Shown piece after piece: positions 43,001-53,000 of a stretch of DNA of 64,000 nt. Each line of letters opens with the position of its first letter. The stretch's first letter is position 1. The stretch is taken from the NCBI GenBank assembly GCA_030704615.1, contig CM060732.1:18290001-18354000 (forward strand), written 5' to 3'. The translations under genes were made by a program, and so were the position numbers. The stretch comes from Takakia lepidozioides (taxonomy: Eukaryota > Plantae > Bryophyta). Below the pieces are notes generated by a model. That model saw only the letters and a program-made list of their open reading frames with translations, had not been told where the DNA came from and searched no databases.

Positions 43001-46000
43001 TTCTCTCACCAAAGAGACGCTCTCTTCAAATCTATTAAGGGAATTGTGCCTGTACCCCTGTTTACCAACTTTGAAAGTCTCGAGGCTGAGCCAAAAGCCC
43101 AGGCCCTCCTGAGGCCTAGTTTTTGGGCAAATCACACACTGCAGATTGATGCTTGTGTGAAGGGATTTCTAGAGGATATCTGGAAAACCCGGATTAATTT
43201 TATATGGAGGTAAGTCTTACTACCAACGTCAGCCCCTGACAGAGGTAGGTTCTGTCCCTTTTGTTCCCGCTCAAACTGGGCGCGGGGTCAATGGACACAA
43301 GGCTACGGCAAACAACGTCTTATGAGTACAATCTCTCTTTAATCTTGGGATATTTCAGGTGGAATAAAGTGAATTTTTCCTGTGGATGTCCTTGAACTGA
43401 CAAGTAGACACTTGCTGCAAAATTCACTCCCCGAATAGGGCCTTGTGGGATTTATTGAGTGCCCATGTGCTGGTTTACAATTAGGGTTTCAGAACCCTAA
43501 CCCTGAAATTTAGTACAAAAGTTGCTGGAGTACGGATAGCGGCTACCTGAAACTAGAGGCAAAGTGTCGGGCACACAGCTCACCAAGCTTTGCCTTCAAG
43601 AGATTTTCGACAGGGCTGCGGCCAACACGGTTTAAGCGCAACCTTGCCTTCATTGTGTTGGTCGAGCTTCCTATGCAGTTATAGGGAAGCCATGGCTCAT
43701 TTGTTGACATGAACAGGAAGTTACACCCAGCCCTTACCTGTGTTTTGCAATTACTTCTTGTTGCGTGAACGGATATGCGCAACGTCACAGACTGGTCTGC
43801 CTCAAACTTTCAAGATTCTGTGCCTTTATTATTACCCTTGCAATCTTTCACTTGCTGAGATCTGCATGTTGGACAGCGATAGCAGGCGTGAAGACCTGGT
43901 ACTCACCTCGTGCATCCTCACTAACATGCAATCTGTGGATGTGGTGGTTTCTGGGACGGGTGCAGGTGAGGGTCCCTCACCTTTCATGGGTCTCTAAGCT
44001 ACATGTGTAAGTCTTGCTACAAAGTACATTGGATAGATGATGGAAATCGCCTATCGCATGAGGCAGCCACTGCCTGGTACAACGCCTGACGACAGCCTCA
44101 TGTTTCTGTGAGGGAAGTATTTAAAGGAAGTAATCTACCCTTGGGATCTGATACCAGAGGGTTCTGAAGACCCGTCTTGACTTGGATCAATCTCAGTTTA
44201 CAGCCCAGCAGAGTGATTTCATTTTAAATACTGTGCTTGTTTCCTTTCAAGACATGACAGTACACCCCATTCGGGCTATGGTGGAAAGACTTCGATTTGT
44301 CTCAGTTTTGAGACATGTGATTTGTATTTGTCTTGACGCTATTTTGATGAAACCGAATTATCATACAGAAGTACATCAGACATTTACTGTGGGCAGAGAT
44401 CTCTATGGTTTTCAGCAAGCACTTGTTTGCTTAAGTAAAGGCTAAAGCTGACTTGGAGGTCACTGACCTACACTCCACATGCTAAAAAGCACAAAATTCG
44501 GTTTTCTGGCAATCCCAGTATGATGTCTGTCACTATGAAGAAAGGTGATTTTCTTAAGGGTTTCTAACAAACCCCAGGTCCCACCCCAATCACCCAAAAG
44601 TGTGAAACAACTCATGAGAAAGACTGTGGTTTAGGAGAAGGGTGATGGTGCCTTGCATGGAAGGCTGTTTTGTCCTTGTATTTTTTTTTTAAACTTTCTG
44701 ATCTGGTCAAGTCCTGACAGATCCTTCCTTGTCATGACGAGACAACCCCTACCTCTCTCTTGTTTGTCCCACAAGGCTACGGCAAACAACATCTTATGAG
44801 TACATTATTTTGTTTGTCCCACTACCAGAGTGAGCCCCTCACGAAGGTCGTCTCTGTTTTCTTTTGTTCCGCCCAAACTGGGCACGGGGTCTATGGACCA
44901 CGCCTTATGAGTACAATCTCACTTTTCTGTTTGTTCCATTAGCTCTTTGAGCTTCCGGTGGACTTGGAAGTATCTTTCTTTCTTCCAATAAAATTGTCTC
45001 TCCCCATACAACACTGGAGGACACACAAGGAAGGCCATCAAGGACCTCATATTCATGTAGTACGCTCAAACCAAACCAAACTGAACAACAACAGTCAAAT
45101 CCTACCTGTCCTTGCGCCTGCCTGAAGCTACACACTTCACCTTCACATAGCCTCCTGGGTCCATTCCCCCTCCTCTGTTGGTGTCAGGCTTAACCATATT
45201 TGCTGCTTGCAAAGCCAACGTACTAATAATCTCCAACCAGCTATCCATGTCACCTTCTTCCCCAACCTGCAATAAGTGTTGTCAGCAAAAAGCCTCACAT
45301 ACTGCAAGCAAGGATAAGCTTCTGGCCTTGACGTTTGCCTGGTCAACTGGGAGCCTGGATATGGCATTCAGGGTGAGTGGTGAGCTGCAGCCCTAATCAC
45401 AGCTACACAATCTTAAAACAGCCTACTAACATGCAAGACGAAAGAAGATACCTGCACGTCCTCCCCATTGAGCAGCTGGACGACGAGGGCCCGAAAGTGG
45501 CCATCAACCATAGCCCGCATGGCCTTGCGATGCTCCTCTGAAGCTGCCTTCTCCCTGCTTCGGTATTCGCTGCTGCTAACACTGCCTGGCGAGCGTGGCA
45601 ATCCCCACCCCCCTTCATCATCGTCATCATCATAATCGACCTGGCTCCAGCAAAATCAAAAGCATCAGTTTGCTGTTGGACTATGACACATATAATTTGG
45701 TGCCATGGCTTTCATCAATTTTCGTCCAAGTGCTGCAGGTTTCTAAGTTCTACACAATGAGTTCTTGCCTACTTTTTCATTTCCTCTATCAGCCTCGTGA
45801 CAGTTATGACCTCATAAAACCCAGTTGTCAGGCTCCACCAAAACAATCTAGCCAATCTTGTACCTACTGAAAATTCTATCAGCATCAAAGTTGTTGATAG
45901 GGGATATAGGTGAACACATATTTGATGCAGCAGTAATTGTAAGCTGTAGCAGTAGTCTTCATCAGCACTTGGCAAGAGCATCACAAACACAAGAATGAAC

Positions 46001-48189
46001 CTACGGGGACAAAAACCACCTGAGATACGCAGCTTGTGCAAGCAAAGCATTGATTTCAAGCACAGACATAAGAGGGTATTGCTGAACATATCAAAACTTG
46101 AAAACAACACCAACACTTGTAAGTGACCAACTACCATGGGTGCTCCAACTTCATCTTCCTCGTCTTCAGGAGGTGGCGGGACCCATATGAGACCATTATT
46201 CTCATAGTCTACTGCCGAATGCTCCTCTTCACCTGGCTTGTGGAAAGATGTGGCTTCCTCATACATAGGTGGCTCATTGTACTCCCCATCCAGGCTTTCA
46301 AAGTCGTCGCACGAACGGTTGTTGCTTCTCCTTGACAAGGACGACGAGTCATCAACCCTCCCCCTGCTGATATGATACTCAGCCAGTTTGTTGTCAGTTT
46401 GTTCCCCTCTGCAAACCAAAGCGCCACACTTCCACATTTAGTACAAACACAACAAGTTTGCTCATTTGTCATCCATTCTAGGTTACAATCCATCTGCTCT
46501 GCAGTAATATAAATGAGTTGCCTATACAGCAACCTGCTTCCAGATCTTCAACTGCTCACAAGCAACCTTCAAACCCCTGGTGCATTCTAATTCCCAAGAC
46601 AAAGACGCAAGCTTAACCTCCAGAGATCAGACTAAGCACATGATGCCCAAGCTACTGGAAAGCTCAATTCACCATATCAAATCAACTTGGACATGCAGAC
46701 ATGATCCTTGGAAGGAGCTTGATGAACCTCACACTAGAGGATTAAAAGCAGCTGTGACTCCAATAAAACAGCCAATAAAACAAGCCACATGCTAGTCTCA
46801 ACAACACAAAGAACGTGATGTAGTACTGCGTCTGCTCACCTGATACCATTGACTCCATCCAGTTGGATAGTTTGCCCCCCTGAGCTCTGAGGGCTCTCAC
46901 TACTTGTCTGTCGCTTGTTCCGCCTGAGGTCTGCAATGTACAGCTCTGCTCCACTGTCATCTTCGTAGTCCAGATCTCGGTGATTTCGTTCGTCCTTTTG
47001 GTCATAGTCTTCCTCATCATCACTCCTATTAAAATTGGGAGTCAGTACATGGACATGTATATCCATTACGCTTGTGCAAATAACTTTGTTATCCTGTAAC
47101 AAGCAAACAAAGTCCATAGAAAGGTGCCCCTACCTGCCTCAGCCATGTCAACTTGAGAGGAAGAAATTCGGAAAAAAACTTGCTTGGGATGGCGAAGAAG
47201 CTCATATGACAGAAAAGTGCACCAAGATGGGAAAAGGGGGAGGGGGAGGGGGAGGTGAGGCGGGAGAGGGGAGCAAAGTATGAGTTGAAGATTGATCCTT
47301 GGAGTTCCTCCTTTACCAAAATCATGCCAACCCATCCATTCACCAATATTGAGAGTTCAGTTATTATCCTACCCAATAATCAGAGCTTCATAAGCAAAAC
47401 TGGAGCAAACCTTGGAGCAGGATTTCAGCACATTAATGGCCCACTCTCATCAAAATTGTGGCAAATGCCTGATTCTTGAGATTCATGACATGTGATGACA
47501 TGATCAAAAGCCTGGGGGGGAGACTTGATCCTTACTCACCTACTGATACCAGATGCATAGGGGCTTGGAGACTGCTCCCTTGGACTTCCAGGAGGGGACA
47601 AGGTGTCATTCCCCTGAGTGCCTGGATGAATTGTGCTCTTGTTATTCTCGTCAGTGGCCATCTTGTTCTCCATGCCTGCTACATGAACACCATCTGATGA
47701 GGGAGGTCTGCTTGACAATCCATCAGAGTAAGTTATGTGGAGGGTGGGCCCGAGAGTTGGAGGCCCTGCTGTTGTACCGTTACTGAGGCTATGTCCTGAA
47801 TGCAATTGTGACACGGACTGGATCACTGTCGTGTGCATGCCTGAGCCAGCATTGGCTGAACCATCTTGCTCTCCACGGAGCTTGAAGCAGTAGTTGCACA
47901 CCCGCACGCGCTCGCTGTCCTCGTGTGCACTTGGACGGCCATTCACAGACGCGGGGATCGTATTAAGTGTACATTTACCGCAAAAGACACGACCACAAAT
48001 GCGGCAATGGTGGCGGCGGTTGAATATGGTGAATTGAGAATCGCATTCGTAGCACACGCGGCAACTGCGGTCAGGCATCCAAAAATCACGGGACATCGTT
48101 GTTGGGGATTCATCCTCCCTGCTGATGCGTGGGATCCAAGCGCGCACACGTTCCACTATGTCGCTGAAAGCGCTGGCTGCTTCTTCCAT
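25469..48189 (-). CDS. FAB1: 1-phosphatidylinositol-3-phosphate 5-kinase FAB1A/B-type (FYVE, CCT-like, CCR and PIPK domains), multi-exon
   Basis: FYVE: [44 protein letters not shown]-like: [40 protein letters not shown]: [31 protein letters not shown]. Kinase: [42 protein letters not shown]. The start codon is uncertain. Confidence 0.95.
28180..28263 (+). mobile_element. 84-bp LINE-A 3'-end insertion with 5' filler
   Basis: gttcccgctcaaactgggcgcgggg...gagtacaa with filler aactcaaactcaatg; 14-bp TSD tctctccccacaca (28166-28179 / 28264-28277). Confidence 0.9.
30721..30800 (-). mobile_element. Diverged short LINE-A 3'-end copy
   Basis: agaatgtactcataagacgt..gccttgtggcc..cccagtttgggc, followed by a GA tract; no clear TSD. 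Confidence 0.7.
30973..31008. repeat. (GA)n microsatellite next to a FAB1 donor; similar tracts at 2750-2772, 34183-34198, 39172-39186 and 42481-42521
   Basis: Directly visible dinucleotide runs. Confidence 0.9.
32606..32642 (-). mobile_element. 37-bp micro-insertion of the LINE-A 3' terminus, in the tail of an older copy
   Basis: 13-bp TSD caagcaggcctga (32593-32605 / 32643-32655). Confidence 0.85.
32661..33030 (-). mobile_element. Older 5'-truncated LINE-A copy
   Basis: Encodes [18 protein letters not shown] and [22 protein letters not shown], followed by the diverged 3' UTR. Confidence 0.88.
34145..34177 (-). mobile_element. 33-bp diverged micro-insertion of the LINE-A 3' terminus
   Basis: aatgtaatcacaagaccttggttgccgtagcct between GA-rich flanks, abutting the long copy. 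Confidence 0.7.
34317..38846 (-). pseudogene. Disrupted single long ORF (N-terminal extension + APE + RT + zinc-binding region) of LINE-A
   Basis: Lesions are a frameshift near 37105, stops at 36469 and 34518, and a replacement at 36002-36139. The sister copies at 40216-42210 and 42532-43331 carry the intact state at each position. Confidence 0.88.
37978..38385 (-). repeat. About 3 x 141-bp (47-aa) in-frame tandem repeat in the LINE ORF
   Basis: ttggtaaacca recurs at 38030, 38171 and 38312; the peptide [16 protein letters not shown] occurs three times. Confidence 0.93.
40216..42210 (-). mobile_element. LINE-A internal copy (RT region) lacking both ends
   Basis: Near-identical to 34753-37157, with an internal deletion and a 15-bp duplication near 42063-42078; no TSD seen. 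Confidence 0.92.
42532..43331 (+). mobile_element. 800-bp 5'-truncated LINE-A copy, antisense to FAB1
   Basis: Intact C-terminus ...KTRINFIWR* plus 3' UTR; 16-bp TSD tctctctttaatcttg (42516-42531 / 43332-43347) at a (CT)n tract. Confidence 0.95.
44773..44809 (+). mobile_element. 37-bp micro-insertion of the LINE-A 3' terminus
   Basis: 13-bp TSD ttgtttgtcccac (44760-44772 / 44810-44822). Confidence 0.85.
44822..44917 (+). mobile_element. Old diverged LINE-A 3' UTR copy
   Basis: ctacc..gcccct..gttccgcccaaactgggcacggggtc..cttatgagtacaatctc. Confidence 0.75.
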
Positions 48190-48899
48190 CAGCCATAGCA
48201 GCAGGCCCAAACTCCATGCATCAAAAGATGCATCTGTATGCGACAGGAGAGGGTAGGGTTTGATTGGCGGAATTCTTGATAAGCTAATTGACGGTGACTA
48301 ATCAGCCCTGTGGCTGACAGCTAAAAGCGGAGAGGCGTCTTGGGCAGTCTGAAGCATCGAAGATCAATCAAATCTCAGGCAGGCTATGGTATGCAGTTTT
48401 CTAGACACAAGAAGGACATGAACGTGGTTACTGCGGATTACCTCTTCTGCTAGCTTCCCATGCCCCGGCTCCTCGCAATCAAAGTATGTGCCAGTCCGCT
48501 TCGGGAGGCTGGACTGCAAAAAATCGTCTCCGGTTAAACAGCAATACAAACGAACGGTCCACCACCGTTCTTCGCCAAGGTACAGAAAAACGTATCTTCA
48601 TTTATCAGCCCCAGATTTCTGATACCGCTAGAAACACGAGTTTCTCCACTTCTAAATACACATCCGTGCAGGAAATCCGCCACAGCCAGAAAGCTCCATC
48701 AGGGGGAGCCCCGGGCTCCCGAGCTTATTCACGAGCAATCGCTCAGTTGGGAGGCAGAATTGCAAGGCGAGGCTACAATCCCAAGCTCGATCACAGCACA
48801 ACAAGCCAAGTAACCGTTTACCGCAACACAGTGCGGAAACGGCTCGCCGAGAACATGGGATCCGCCATAGCCAGCGAGCTGTGACAGTGCTTGTGCAAC

Positions 48900-50043
48900 A
48901 CGCTGCAAAAAAACATCCTTTCACCCATCCCTTATTATATATACCCGCTCTTACTTGCTTGCCGGGAAACAACAACCCGCCGGGAAATTCACCGCAACTT
49001 TACTCTGTGTTTCCCTTCTATCCATCACACCGGCAGTGGGGCCCTGGTGCTCCCTCACCGTCGATCTATTAGTATCGGACACTCCAAGACTTTTCAACGA
49101 TTAGAACGACAGAGAATAAGATCTCGAATGGGACGGCCCGAAAATTTCCTCGCCGTTGCAATCTCCGAATCGGACGGTTTCTAAGACTTCCAAATCTCTA
49201 CCTTCTAGGGTACCAGGATCGGACGGGTTATGGAATAAAGTTGATTAAACTGAATAGCCGACGGCTAAAAAAATGAATAACATGTGGACTCTTGCCAAAG
49301 AAGCAAATTGCGTAACTTATGGTGTCGCTTGATACCGCGGGGCTACTGCCTTCCGATCGGACACCTTTGACATCGAACACATACACGTGGTTTTGAACCC
49401 ACAACCACGAGTGAAATGGTTTACCAGTGGGCTACCTATTGGATGTCGGCTAAGATTTGATTGACCCTTTCCCTTGTATCATTTATAAATTGTCGTTGCT
49501 TTGACGGTTTCATTTGTGGGTCCGATGCTGCGTTTTAAGCGACAAGATTGGCTCGCAACGGTTTGTTAAATATCTCGCCGTTGAATTGAGAAAGTTGAAG
49601 GAAGTTGACAAGGTCGGTCCGGACGGGGAAAAACCCACACACTTACACACACGTGCCATTTTAGGAGCTTGCCACGTGGACAGTCTGGGGGGGTCGAGTG
49701 TGCATGCAATCCGAAGTCGGGAGGATGGATGGACGGACGGACTCATAAGCTACATAATGGATGACGAGCACGTCAACTAGATAGATGACAAGGAGATGAA
49801 TGTAAGGAAATATTGATGAACAAACACGTCAACGATATGGCTGACAAGGAGATGGATGTGCAGAAATGTGGATGAATGTTTAGAGCTATGCAGTGGCGGG
49901 AATGCTCTTGCTGAAGGCGGCCTGGGTGGTTTTAACTTTTAACCTGAGGAGAGGGGGCAAGGTCGACGAAGGATTGAAGGGTTAGGGTTTGATTGTGATC
50001 TGCACACTAGCGTTTGGAGGGAGGGAGGGAGGGAGACGGGAAG
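48900..50043. promoter_or_regulatory. Divergent promoter region FAB1/CCT6 with G-boxes, a telo-box and repeated (A)TCGGACGG-like motifs
   Basis: CACGTG at about 49384, 49650 and 49673; TTAGGGTTT at 49982-49990; ATCGGAC(GG) at about 49074, 49170, 49218 and 49356; CpG-rich. Confidence 0.55.
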
Positions 50044-53000
50044 ATGGCGGTCAGGGTGGTGAATCCAAATGCGGAAATATTGAATAAGTCTGCAGCGCTG
50101 TACATGAACATCAATGCAGGCAAGGGGCTGCAAGATGTGCTCAAGACCAACCTTGGACCGAAGGGGACGATCAAAATGTATCCCTCTAGCTGCCTTTGCC
50201 TTTCTTTGTATTGTTTGATTTGGTAGGTGGCGGGTTCTTGATCTCTGAGCTTCTTGCAAGATATTACAAACTTCAGGGACGCTCAAACAGATGGAGAAAC
50301 ACAGAGAAAGAGTTTCCCATGCTGTTAAGTCCCTGCAGACGAAGGCCTACGCATATGCTTGCTTCTAAAATGGGGGTTATTACGCCCATGCGCGTGTGTT
50401 TGAGAGAAGAGAGGGAGAGAGAGATGAGGACCGTCAATCTTCTCGACTTGAACAGTTTTAGAATATATGGGATGTGTCGAGATAACGCTTACTTTCTTGG
50501 GAGTGCAGGCTTGTGGGAGGTTCAGGTGACATCAAGATGACGAAGGATGGCAATACTCTGCTTAAAGAAATGGTCTGAACGCACATGATATCAATGGACC
50601 TACATCAATGATGTGTTCTTCAAATCTGTAGGGGTTCGTTTTGCTGTAGAGTAGAGTGCAATCTCAGATTTTGCAGGGTTTTTGGGATGACAAATGATAT
50701 TTGGCGAGAAAACATCCTGTAGTAACTCATCCTTTTCCATCTGTGCAGCAAATTCAAAATCCAACTGCTATTATGATAGCTCGCACAGCAGTTGCACAAG
50801 ATGACATTAGTGGAGATGGCACCACTTCCACCGTGCTTCTGATCGGAGAGCTGCTGAAGCAATCTGAGCGTTTCATTGGTGAAGGTGTGTGCACAAGTTG
50901 GCGACCATGTTCTCTTACATCCGTGTTGTGTCTGAAGTGATCCCATATTGGCAAGTTCATATCAAAGGTCAGCATAGTGACGTGATGCTAGACACTCATC
51001 ATGCTATCTAGTCATGCATCATGTGCCAGGCGTGTCCAAGGGTTTAGCCAGATCACACATTTCCCCAATTCCCTCCGCTGGTACTGACCTCTTAGCAAGC
51101 CACATGTATCCCGCGGCATTCTTCTCAGTCTACCGCCAGTCCTCCCCCTGACACACTCCCCAGCGACTCCTATTAAGTGGTCACCAAGGGGTTCACAGTT
51201 TGGAGTGGCAGTTATCCATTTGATCATGCTCACTTGCCTCCTTTCGAATGCAGGGATGCATCCCCGAGTCCTGGTGGATGGGCTGGAGATTGCGAAAAAA
51301 GCCACTTTGGAGTTTCTTGAGAAGTTCAAGACACCTATAACTAGCGGCAAACATCCTGATAAGGAGACCCTCAAGATGGTAGCTCGAACTACACTGAGGA
51401 CCAAGGTATGTGTTCTTATAATTATCTGGGTTCGTATGACATGTGGATATACATGTACTCCTCAAGCTCCAGCACTTGTCCTCATTGACCTTTAACACGT
51501 CTTTTTCAACTCCTTTCCTTCTGATAGAACTGCATTGGACGACTTGTGTTGGCAAGTAAGGTTTTCCTTGATACCATATGAAGACTGTCCTGCAATGACC
51601 CTGGTCCAAAGAGGATCCCCTTTAAGATTTGGTACAGCTGGTGAGGTAGACGTTACATATTATCAATACATTTGGCAATTCTCAGTTCACCATTACAGAT
51701 ATGTCGTGTTTGATGGGAAAATAACTTCGTTGTTTGAAAATTCAACTTTGGTCTATCCAGGTGCATGAGGAGCTGGCAGACCAGTTGACAGACATCGTTG
51801 TAAATGCAGTATGTTATCTTTTCCTTCACAAAGTTTGAAGATCCACTGGGATCCCTTATTACCATCTCTTAACATTGTGGACTGTCTAACTTTCTGGAAA
51901 GCACTTGCAATCGCCTGCAGGAGTCTGTTCCTAGTTCAACTCATCCGGATGGGTAGTGGATGCAGAATTAATCTAGTCCTCTTTCCTAGTGTTAGGAGTA
52001 ATGGTGGACAAAAAGATTGTGAAGTAAATTTCAGGGATTGGAGTGGGTCTCAGCTTGTGCATTTGAGGTGTAATGGCTGGCATTTACTTACATGTTTGCT
52101 GTCGGCTCTTGGGCTGCTTTCCCATGCTCTAGTCCCTGTGGCTTAAAGCCCCAAATTGCCTTCTGGTCTGACATGAATGTCATTCCCATGTAGTGGATTT
52201 CTGATGTCTTCCTACAAATCCTAGTAGTGCAGGAATGTGCCCCAGCTCCTCCCTTAGGCATTTAGACAAGGAACTTGGGTAGAACCATGGGAATGGAAAA
52301 GGTTATTTTCCATCCAATCACTTGAGTTTGTGCCTATGATCGTGATCGTGGGGCATGTGGCAGGTGCTCTGTGTAAGGACACCGGAAGAAGCTATAGATC
52401 TGTTCATGGTGGAGATCATGCACATGAGGCATAGATTTGACACTGATACTCGACTGGTATGCTGATGTGCTGCTGCTGCTTTCATTAATACCTTTTTGCA
52501 GAAACTGGATCTTGTAAGAAGTCAAAGTCATTGTGCTATACACGAAAGTATCGCTTGTTAACTTACAACCATCATTTCAAGTTTCCTTTAGTCACTTTCT
52601 AGGCAAGTGATCCTTTGCACTCCAATATGGAGTACTGTAGTAAGTTTGGGCTTCTGTGTGTATTTGATCTGCACTCGGTATCCCTACATTTTCAAACTTG
52701 GCTGGTCCCCTAAGTCAGTGGGGAGCTGCTGTGCAGGTGGAAGGTCTGGTTCTTGATCATGGGGCACGACATCCAGACATGAAGAAGCGAGTGCAAAATT
52801 GCCACATCTTGACTTGTAATGTCTCTCTGGAATATGAAAAGAGGTAGGGTCTGGGACTCCGGACTCTCATCACCCTTGTTGGGGTTAGCTTGATGTACAG
52901 AACGATTGCTGAAGAAGTTCCGGTGTCATTAGGGCTTTATATAGGATGCGACTTCAACATTGAACCAATGACTTGTCTCATCCATCTTATTTGGCTGCTA

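Noticed and set aside
43230-43331. Hammerhead ribozyme in the LINE 3' UTR (CTGACAGA, CTTATGAG)
   Set aside because: Neither matches CUGANGA with a correctly placed GAAA and stems.
40216-43331. The two copies as one twin-primed (5'-inverted) insertion
   Set aside because: They lie in different introns separated by a FAB1 exon, overlap in sequence, and the + copy has its own TSD.
43480-44450. Inverted telo-box and short ORFs in a FAB1 intron
   Set aside because: Too short or unrecognisable to assign; no TSD or TIR found.
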